DNA from: an uncultured Solirubrobacteraceae bacterium
GTDB taxonomy: Bacteria; Actinomycetota; Thermoleophilia; Solirubrobacterales; Solirubrobacteraceae
NCBI GenBank assembly: GCA_963720415.1
Contig: CAVRFQ010000011.1
Coordinates: forward strand, 16,169 to 80,168
Direction of reading: 5' to 3'
Length of the DNA stretch: 64,000 bases
The translations under genes were made by a program, and so were the position numbers. This document shows positions 42,103 to 48,844 of the stretch, piece after piece; the first letter of the stretch is position 1, and every line of letters begins with the position of its first letter. The notes under the pieces were generated by a model. The model made no database searches. It saw only the letters and a list, made by a program, of their open reading frames with translations, and was not told the origin of the DNA.

Positions 42103-43344
42103 TCACGCTGATCCCGCTCGGCGGCGCTCCAGCGCGGCCCGCTCCGGCTCGTTCGCGGTGAGCGCGATCGCCCGCTCGTAGGCGGCGCCGGCGCCCGCGG
42201 CGTCGCCGGAGCGCCGCAGCAGGTCGGCGCGCGCCGCGTGCAGCGGCGCGTAGCCGGCGAGCCGCTCGTCGGCCGCGGCCTCGTCGAGCGCCGCCAGGCC
42301 GGCTTCCCAGCCGCTCGCGAAGCCCACGGCGACGGCGCGGTTGACCGCGACCACGGGCGAGGGCTCGCGCCTGGCCAGCTCGCCGTAGAGCGCGACGATC
42401 TGCGGCCAGTCGGTCTCCTCCAGGCTCGGCGCCTCGGCGTGCAGCGCCGCGATCGCCGCCTGGACCGCGTACGGCCCCGGCGCCGGGAGCCGCAGCGCCC
42501 GCTCGAGCGCGCCCGTGCCCTCCTCGATCCGCGCCGCGTCCCAGCGCGTGCGGTCCTGGTCCTCCAGCGCGACGTAGGCGCCGCTCCCGTCCACCCGCGC
42601 GGCGCGCCGCGCGTCGGTGAGCAGGAGCAGCGCGAGCAGGCCGTGGGTCTCGGCGTCGTCGGGCATCAGCCGCACGAGCAGCCGGGCCAGGCGGATCGCC
42701 TCCTCGCACAGGTCGCCGCGCAGCGGCGCCTCGCCGGCCGTCGGCGTGTGGCCCTCGTTGAAGATCAGGTACACGACGAGCAGCACGCCGGCGAGCCGCT
42801 CGGGCAGCAGCTCGTCGGGCGGGACGCGGTAGGGGATCCGGGCGTCGGCGACCTTGCGCCGCGCCCGCCCCAGCCGGCGCTCCATCGCGCTGTCGCTCGT
42901 GAGGAACGCGCGCGCGATCTCCGCCACGGTCAGCCCGCCCACGCTGCGCAGCGTCAGCGCCATGCGGGCGTGGACGGCCAGGGCGGGATGGCAGCAGGCG
43001 AACAGCATCCGCAGGCGATCGTCGGCGAGCGAGGACTCGTCGAGGTCGGGGAGCTCGTCCTCGGTGGACATGGGCTCGAGAAGGAAGGGCAGGCGCGCGG
43101 TCAGGGCGCGGTCGCGGCGCACGCGATCGATCGCCTTGCGCCAGGCCGTCGTGGTCAGCCACGCGCCCGGGCGGTCCGGCACGCCGCGGCGGTCCCACTC
43201 GACCGCCGCGGCGAGCACGGCGTCCTGGACGGCGTCCTCGGCAAGCGCGAGGTTGCCGTCCAGGCGGCGCGTGATCGTCGCCAGGACCGCCGCGCGCTCG
43301 TCGCGGTAGGCCCGCTCGAGCGCCGCCGCCGCCGCTTCCGTCAC
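42103..43344 (-). CDS. ECF-type RNA polymerase sigma factor with long C-terminal domain
   Basis: GTG 43344 overlaps the YCII stop. Region 2 ..AEDAVQDAVLAAAVEW..AWLTTTAWRKAIDRVRR, region 4 LTLRSVGGLTVAEIARAFLTSDSAMERRLGRARRKV. Confidence 0.85.
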   Translation of the reverse strand: MTEAAAAALERAYRDERAAVLATITRRLDGNLALAEDAVQDAVLAAAVEWDRRGVPDRPGAWLTTTAWRKAIDRVRRDRALTARLPFLLEPMSTEDELPDLDESSLADDRLRMLFACCHPALAVHARMALTLRSVGGLTVAEIARAFLTSDSAMERRLGRARRKVADARIPYRVPPDELLPERLAGVLLVVYLIFNEGHTPTAGEAPLRGDLCEEAIRLARLLVRLMPDDAETHGLLALLLLTDARRAARVDGSGAYVALEDQDRTRWDAARIEEGTGALERALRLPAPGPYAVQAAIAALHAEAPSLEETDWPQIVALYGELARREPSPVVAVNRAVAVGFASGWEAGLAALDEAAADERLAGYAPLHAARADLLRRSGDAAGAGAAYERAIALTANEPERAALERRRAGSA

Positions 43345-43697
43345 GCCGGCTCGTATCCCACGGTCGCCCGGATCTCGACGGCGCCGTACTTCGCGACCGG
43401 CGTCTTCGCGGCCCACGCGATCGCGGCGTCGAGGTCCTCGACGTCGATGATGTAGAAGGAGAAGAGGACCTCCTTCGTCTCGGCGAACGGGCCGTCGGTG
43501 AGCACCGGGTCGCCGCCGGGCGCGCGCAGCGTCGTGGCCGAGTCGGGCAGCTGGAGACCCGAGGCGATGACGTAGACGCCAGCCTGCTTCATCTCCTCGT
43601 TGAGCGCGCCCCAGCGGGCCATCTCGGTGTCGTACTCGGGCGTGCCCTCCTGCGGGCCGTCGGCGAGATCGGTGGTGAGCAGCAGCATGTACTTCAT
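43341..43697 (-). CDS. YCII-related (DGPF) domain protein
   Basis: MKYMLLLTTD..DGPFAETKEVLFSFYIIDVEDLDAAIAWAAK.. Confidence 0.9.
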   Translation of the reverse strand: MKYMLLLTTDLADGPQEGTPEYDTEMARWGALNEEMKQAGVYVIASGLQLPDSATTLRAPGGDPVLTDGPFAETKEVLFSFYIIDVEDLDAAIAWAAKTPVAKYGAVEIRATVGYEPA

Positions 43698-43833
43698 GGT
43701 GGAACGTCCTCCGTTCTTGGTGGCCTGTCACCGGTACGACGAACGGGAACGGCCGAACCGGACACTGGCAGCTTCGGCCCATGACCCTGACGACGGATGT
43801 TCCGAACCCGTACCGTCGGGTAACGGAAGCCGA

Positions 43834-44388
43834 ATGTGGCGTGCCCCGGCCATCCTCCTGACGACCGCCCTCCTGGCCATCGGCTGCGGCGGCGGCGACG
43901 AGCCCAGCGGCTTCAAGGGCACCTCCGAGGCGAGCCGGCCGTGCCCTGAGGGCACGCAGTTCGTGCGCGCGAAGGACATGATCGGCGATCCCCCGAAGGG
44001 CTACCGCGTCGCCAAGGGGGACCAGCCGCTCCTGAAGACGATCGCCGACCAGTTCGGCGCGGGCCTCGGGACCAGCGCGCGAGGGCACGACGCGCGGGTG
44101 CTCGTCAAGCGCGACGCCGTCAACGGCGCCGCCGTCATCGTGGTCAACGCCAGCGAGCGGACCGGCGACTCCGAGAACCTCATCGCGGGCGCGAAGGCCG
44201 CCGAGAAGAACACCGGGGTCGACGGCGAGCTGCTGGAGATCGCCGGCAAGGACGGCTACATCGTCCAGGCGGTCGACGGCGGCTACATCGCCATGGCGCC
44301 CGCGGGCGCGTGCTCGATCGTCGTGCTGGTCGCGGACACGGAGAAGCTCGTCCGGGCCGCGGCGGGGTATCTCAAGCCGGTCGTGTAG
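43834..44388 (+). CDS. putative lipoprotein
   Basis: ATG 43834 within ORF 43600..44388: MWRAPAILLTTALLAIGCGGGDE (lipobox LAIGC). 184 aa, no domain recognised. Confidence 0.65.
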   Translation: MWRAPAILLTTALLAIGCGGGDEPSGFKGTSEASRPCPEGTQFVRAKDMIGDPPKGYRVAKGDQPLLKTIADQFGAGLGTSARGHDARVLVKRDAVNGAAVIVVNASERTGDSENLIAGAKAAEKNTGVDGELLEIAGKDGYIVQAVDGGYIAMAPAGACSIVVLVADTEKLVRAAAGYLKPVV

Positions 44389-44408
44389 CGCGGCGCGAAC
44401 TTCAACTG

Positions 44409-44610
44409 CGGCATTGAGGGAGGCGGGTCAGGCCGCCTGATTCCACGATGCGCAACGATCGCGCCTCGGCGAGGGCTCGCGCGGCTTCGCGCGGTCGGGT
44501 GTGCTGACTTAGGGGCGCATAGCGCGGCTAAGTCAGCACACCCGCACAGCGGTGGCGCGACAGGTTCCACGATGCGAAAATCCCCGGCCGATCCCGCTCC
44601 CTCAATGCCG
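44409..44610. repeat. ~200-bp nested inverted-repeat element (MITE/REP-like or structured RNA)
   Basis: Outer arms cGGCATTGAGGGAG(G)CGGG (44409-44427) and CCCGCTCCCTCAATGCCg (44593-44610). 12-nt direct repeat TTCCACGATGCG at 44441 and 44565. Central 17-bp perfect hairpin. Confidence 0.8.
44496..44544. repeat. 17-bp perfect hairpin CGGGTGTGCTGACTTAG-15 nt-CTAAGTCAGCACACCCG
   Basis: Read directly. The loop itself contains GCGC-ata-GCGC. Confidence 0.9.
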
Positions 44611-44632
44611 GGGTCGACGTTCGCCCGGGGAC

Positions 44633-45073
44633 CTACAACTCCCAGCCGAAGCAGGTCGAGCGCCAGCTCGGCGCCTCGCGCTCGTAGAACCGATGGGCGT
44701 CGGTCCGCGCCTCGCCCGAGTCGAGCTCGAGGTGCGTCGCGCCGCGGTCGCGGCCCCAGTCCTTCGCCGCGTCGAGCAGCGCCTTCCCGTGGCCGGCCGA
44801 GCGGTGCTCGGGGTCGACGGCGAGGTCCTCGACCCACGCGCGGCTGCCGAAGCGGACGGACTCGATGTCGAGGTAGACGGTGCAGATGCCGACGACGGCG
44901 CCGTCGGACTCCGCCACCAGCACGGCGGACATGTCCTCCGTGGCGGCGTCGCGCAGCCGCTCGGAGGCGCGCCCGGCGTCCCACTGCCAGGGCTGCGCGC
45001 CCGGAGGCGCGAACAGCCACTCGTAGGTGCCGGCGAGGCGCTCGGCCTCGCCGGGCGAAGCCTCCCGGATCAC
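44633..45073 (-). CDS. GNAT-family N-acetyltransferase
   Basis: ..VVGICTVYLD..AWVEDLAVDPEHRSAGHGKALLDAAKDWGRDRGATHLELDS..AHRFYERE. GTG 45073 overlaps the MoaD-like stop (GTGA). Confidence 0.85.
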   Translation of the reverse strand: MIREASPGEAERLAGTYEWLFAPPGAQPWQWDAGRASERLRDAATEDMSAVLVAESDGAVVGICTVYLDIESVRFGSRAWVEDLAVDPEHRSAGHGKALLDAAKDWGRDRGATHLELDSGEARTDAHRFYEREAPSWRSTCFGWEL

Positions 45074-45342
45074 CCGCCGGCCATGGCCGGCAGGATCACC
45101 AGCGTGTCGGACTCGCCGACGCCGGTCTCGAGCCCTTCGAGGACCCGGACGTCTTCGTCGTTGAGATAGACGTTGACGTAGCGGTTGAGCGACCCGTCGG
45201 GGCCGAACAGCTGCGACTGCGTCGCGGGATGCTGCTCGGCGAGGTCGTTGAGCACGGCGCCGACCGTGTCGCCGGACGCCGAGACCTCCTTCTCGCCGCC
45301 CACGGACGGTCGCAGCACCGGGGGAACCTTGATCGTGGCCAT
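45070..45342 (-). CDS. MoaD/ThiS-family sulfur-carrier protein (C-terminal GG)
   Basis: 90 aa, MATIKVPPVLRPSVGGEKEVSASGDTVGAVLNDLAEQHP..VYLNDEDV..DTLVILPAMAGG. Confidence 0.85.
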   Translation of the reverse strand: MATIKVPPVLRPSVGGEKEVSASGDTVGAVLNDLAEQHPATQSQLFGPDGSLNRYVNVYLNDEDVRVLEGLETGVGESDTLVILPAMAGG

Positions 45343-45352
45343 CGAGCTCAGG

Positions 45353-46537
45353 CTATCCGGCGGCGGCGCAGAACGCCTCGTAGTCCGGGAAGACCCCCAT
45401 CTCGTCGTCGGAGATCTCCGACGGGTCCTTGGAGCAGATCGGGCACTCGGGGTCGCGCCGGACCTTGAGCTCGGTGAACGTCGCACCCAGCGCCTCGTAC
45501 AGGAGCAGGCGGCCGACGAGCGGCTCGCCGGCGCCGGTCACGAGCTTGACGACCTCGGTCGCCTGCAGCAGGCCCATCGTGCCCGGGAGCACGCCGAGCA
45601 CGCCGTTCGCGCCGCAGGAGGGCGCGAGCTCGGCCGGCGGCGGCACCGGGTACAGGCAGCGGTAGCACGGCCCGTCGTGGGGCTTGAAGACCGAGAGCTG
45701 GCCGTCGAAGCCGAGGATCGAGGCCGAGACGACCGGGATGTCCAGCCGCACCGTGGCGTCGTTGAGCAGGTACCGGGTCGGGAAGTTGTCGACCCCGTCG
45801 ACGATCACGTCGTAGCCCTCGATGATCTCCATGATGTTGGACGCGTCGAGGCGCGTCCGGTACTTGACGACGTTCACGTCGGGGTTGATGGCCTTGATCG
45901 AGATCTCGGCCGAGTCGACCTTCGGAGTGCCGATGCGGTCGGTCGTGTGGATGACCTGGCGCTGCAGGTTCGAGAGGTCCACGTCGTCGTCGTCGACCAC
46001 GCCGAGCGTGCCGACGCCGGCCGCGGCCAGGTACAGCGCGGTCGGCGAGCCGAGCCCGCCGGCGCCCAGCAGCAGCACCTTGGCCTCGAGCAGCTTGGTC
46101 TGCCCCTCGAGCCCGATCTCCGGCACGAGCAGGTGGCGCGAGTAGCGCTCGCGCTGCTCGGCGCTCAGGGACTTCGGGACCTCGACCTTGTAGCCGCGGT
46201 CCTTCCACAGCGTGATCCCGCCGGTCATCGACTTCACGTTCTCGTAGCCCAGGAGGTCCGAGAGCGTGTGCGCGGCCAGCGCCGAGCGCTGACCCGAGGC
46301 GCAGTAGAGGACGATCTCCTGCGAGCGGTCGCTGCCCGCGACGCCCTCGATGCGCGACTCCAGGTAGCCGCGCGGGACGTGCTTGGCGCCGGGGATGTGC
46401 CCCGCGTCCCACTCGGTGCTCTCACGGACGTCGACCAGGACGATCCCGTTGCCCAGGTGCTCGCTCACCTGAGCCGGGTCGACCTCTTCGACCTGGCTCT
46501 TGATCTGGCGGATGACCTCCGCCCCACTCGGGCTCAT
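45353..46537 (-). CDS. rhodanese + ThiF/MoeB-type adenylyltransferase/sulfurtransferase
   Basis: N-terminal rhodanese (VLVDVRESTEWDAGHIPGA..IVLYCASGQRS). ThiF core (RYSRHLLVPEIGLEGQTKLLEAKVLLLGAGGLGSP..). Zn motifs CYRC..CPIC. Confidence 0.9.
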   Translation of the reverse strand: MSPSGAEVIRQIKSQVEEVDPAQVSEHLGNGIVLVDVRESTEWDAGHIPGAKHVPRGYLESRIEGVAGSDRSQEIVLYCASGQRSALAAHTLSDLLGYENVKSMTGGITLWKDRGYKVEVPKSLSAEQRERYSRHLLVPEIGLEGQTKLLEAKVLLLGAGGLGSPTALYLAAAGVGTLGVVDDDDVDLSNLQRQVIHTTDRIGTPKVDSAEISIKAINPDVNVVKYRTRLDASNIMEIIEGYDVIVDGVDNFPTRYLLNDATVRLDIPVVSASILGFDGQLSVFKPHDGPCYRCLYPVPPPAELAPSCGANGVLGVLPGTMGLLQATEVVKLVTGAGEPLVGRLLLYEALGATFTELKVRRDPECPICSKDPSEISDDEMGVFPDYEAFCAAAG

Positions 46538-46646
46538 ACGAAAAGTCCTCGAACTCGGTCGGGTTTCAATGCTTCACAAAGGATAGCGCCCATGGGGTGC
46601 CCCCACTATCAGCCCGGACAGGCGAGATGCCGATGTAGCCGGGGAG

Positions 46647-47612
46647 ATGCGCTCGGCAAAGCTGCTCACCCAGGTCCTCGCGGTCAATACGTTGCTGGTG
46701 GCGCTCACGGCGTTCGTCGCAGCCATCGTCGCACGCGACCGCTTCACGGACGCGACGAGCAACGAGGGACTGCTGCTGATCGCGCTCGCCGTCTCCGGCG
46801 TGGTGCTGCTCAACTCGATCCTGCTCCGCCGCCGGCTGGAGCCGATGGAGCGCCTGGTCGAGACGATGAGCAGCGTCGACCTCGCCTCGCCGGGCAAGCG
46901 CGCGAACGTCACGCGCGGCGCCGCGGACGAGGTCCGCCGCCTGTCCTCGGACTTCAACCGCATGCTGGAGCGCCTCGAGGCCGAGCGCCGCGAGTCCGGC
47001 CGCGCGGTGATCCGCGCCCAGGAGGTCGAGCGCTCGCGGATCGCCCAGGACCTGCACGACGAGGTCAACCAGGCGCTGACCGCGATCCTCCTGCGCCTCC
47101 AGGCGACGGTCCACAGCGCGCCGCCGGGCCTGCAGGAGGAGCTGCGCGAGAGCCAGCAGCTCGTGACCCAGGCGATGGAGGAGCTCCTCACGCTCGCGCG
47201 CCAGCTGCGGCCGACCGCGCTCGACGACCATGGCCTGATCCCCGCGCTCGCGTCGCAGGTGGCCGACTTCGGCGACCGCACGGGCATCCGCTCGACCTTC
47301 CGCCGCCACGGCTCCGTGCCGCCGCTGAGCGACGAGGAGCAGCTGGTCATCTACCGCGTCACGCAGGAGAGCCTGTCCAACGTCGCGCAGCACGCGGGCG
47401 CGCGGCACGTCGACGTGGAGCTCTCGTTCGTCGGCCGCACCGTCCTGCGCGTGCGTGACGACGGGCGCGGCTTCAAGACGGTGCCCAACGGCCGCTCGCG
47501 CCTCGGCGTGTCCGGCATGCGCGAACGCGCGCTGCTGGTCGGCGGGAACCTCGCGATCTTCTCCGAGCCCGGTGACGGGACGACCATCGAACTGACCATG
47601 GGAGCTACATGA
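46647..47612 (+). CDS. sensor histidine kinase (HisKA_3 type)
   Basis: Two N-terminal TM segments, HAMP-like region, H-box RIAQDLHDEVNQAL, ATPase ..GVSGMRERALLVGGNLAIFSEPGDGTTIE. Confidence 0.9.
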   Translation: MRSAKLLTQVLAVNTLLVALTAFVAAIVARDRFTDATSNEGLLLIALAVSGVVLLNSILLRRRLEPMERLVETMSSVDLASPGKRANVTRGAADEVRRLSSDFNRMLERLEAERRESGRAVIRAQEVERSRIAQDLHDEVNQALTAILLRLQATVHSAPPGLQEELRESQQLVTQAMEELLTLARQLRPTALDDHGLIPALASQVADFGDRTGIRSTFRRHGSVPPLSDEEQLVIYRVTQESLSNVAQHAGARHVDVELSFVGRTVLRVRDDGRGFKTVPNGRSRLGVSGMRERALLVGGNLAIFSEPGDGTTIELTMGAT

Positions 47613-48241
47613 GGATCCTCATCGCCGACGACCACGGGATCGTCCGGGGCGGTCTCAAGCTGCTGATCGAGCGCCAGCCGGACATGCAGGTCGTCGCCGA
47701 GGCGGAGGACGGCGTCATCGCCTTCGAGCAGGCGCTGGCCACCAAGCCCGACCTCTGCGTGCTGGACGTCTCGATGCCGCGCATGACGGGCCTGCAGGCC
47801 GCGCGGCAGATCCGCGCGCACCTGCCCGAGACCCAGGTGCTCGCCCTGTCGATGCACGACGACGAGCGCTACGTGTTCGACGCGCTGAAGGCCGGCGCCT
47901 CCGGCTACGTGCTCAAGCGCGAGGTCGACCAGGCGCTGCTCAGCGCGATCCGCGCCGTCCACCGCGGCGACGCCTTCCTGACCAACGCGGTCGAGCGCTC
48001 GCTGATCCGCGAGTGGATGTCCGACGCCTCGAGCGGGCCGGAGGAGCCGCTCTCGCCGCGCGAGCAGGAGGTGCTGAAGCTGATCGCCGAGGCTCACACC
48101 AACAAGCAGATCGCCGAGATCCTGCACCTCGCCGAGAAGACGGTCGAGTCGCACCGGGCGAACCTGCTGCGCAAGCTCGGGATGCGCGACCGCGTCGAGC
48201 TGGTCCGGTACGCGATCCGGCGGGGCCTCACGGAAGCCTAA
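47609..48241 (+). CDS. LuxR/NarL-family response regulator
   Basis: MRILIADDHGIVRGGLK..CVLDVSMP.. receiver domain. LSPREQEVLKLIAEAHTNKQIAEILHLAEKTVESH HTH. ATGA overlap. Confidence 0.9.
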   Translation: MRILIADDHGIVRGGLKLLIERQPDMQVVAEAEDGVIAFEQALATKPDLCVLDVSMPRMTGLQAARQIRAHLPETQVLALSMHDDERYVFDALKAGASGYVLKREVDQALLSAIRAVHRGDAFLTNAVERSLIREWMSDASSGPEEPLSPREQEVLKLIAEAHTNKQIAEILHLAEKTVESHRANLLRKLGMRDRVELVRYAIRRGLTEA

Positions 48242-48250
48242 GCTGCCCGT

Positions 48251-48844
48251 GTGCTCCCGACCCGAGTGCTGCTGGCCCTCGTCACGCTGTGCGCCTGTGC
48301 GGCCGCGGCGGTGCTCGGCGTGTGGCTGGCCGAGCGCGGGACCGAGGCGCCGGCCGCGACCGGCTGGGAGGGCGCGACCCGGCCGCAGGGAGCGCGACTG
48401 CCCGACTTCGAGCTCGCGAGCCAGGACGGCGAGCCGGTGACCGCCGCGAGCCTCCTCGGCGAGGAGCCCGTCGTGGTCACGTTCCTCTACTCGACGTGCG
48501 AGGACACGTGCCCCGTGCAGGTGCAGAGCATCCGCGGGGCGCTCGACGACCTCGGCCGCGACGTGCCGGTCATCGGCGTCTCCGTCGACCCGGCCAACGA
48601 CACTCCCGCGCGTGCTCGCGCGTTCCTGCTCGAGCAGTCGATGACGGGCCGCATGCAGTTCCTGCTCGGCACCCGCGAGGAGCTCGAGCCGGTGTGGAAG
48701 GCGTTCGGCATCGCCCCGCAGGAGAAGGGGCTCGAGCACTCCGCCTACACCGTGATCGTCGACGGGGAGGGCCGCCAGCGGCTCGGGTTCCCCGCCTCCG
48801 AGCTCACCCCGCGCCGCCTCGCGCACGACCTCGCCCGCCTGTGA
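48251..48844 (+). CDS. SCO1/SenC-family thioredoxin-like protein
   Basis: Signal anchor, then ..PVVVTFLYSTCEDTCPVQ (CxxxC)..HSAYTVIVDGEG.. Confidence 0.85.
   Translation: MLPTRVLLALVTLCACAAAAVLGVWLAERGTEAPAATGWEGATRPQGARLPDFELASQDGEPVTAASLLGEEPVVVTFLYSTCEDTCPVQVQSIRGALDDLGRDVPVIGVSVDPANDTPARARAFLLEQSMTGRMQFLLGTREELEPVWKAFGIAPQEKGLEHSAYTVIVDGEGRQRLGFPASELTPRRLAHDLARL

Noticed and set aside
44409-44610. The nested-repeat region as a tRNA/tmRNA or a simple intrinsic terminator
   Set aside because: There is no cloverleaf, T-loop (GTTCxAxxC) or acceptor/CCA features. There is no T/U tract after either hairpin on either strand. The direct repeats and outer arms are not explained by a terminator.
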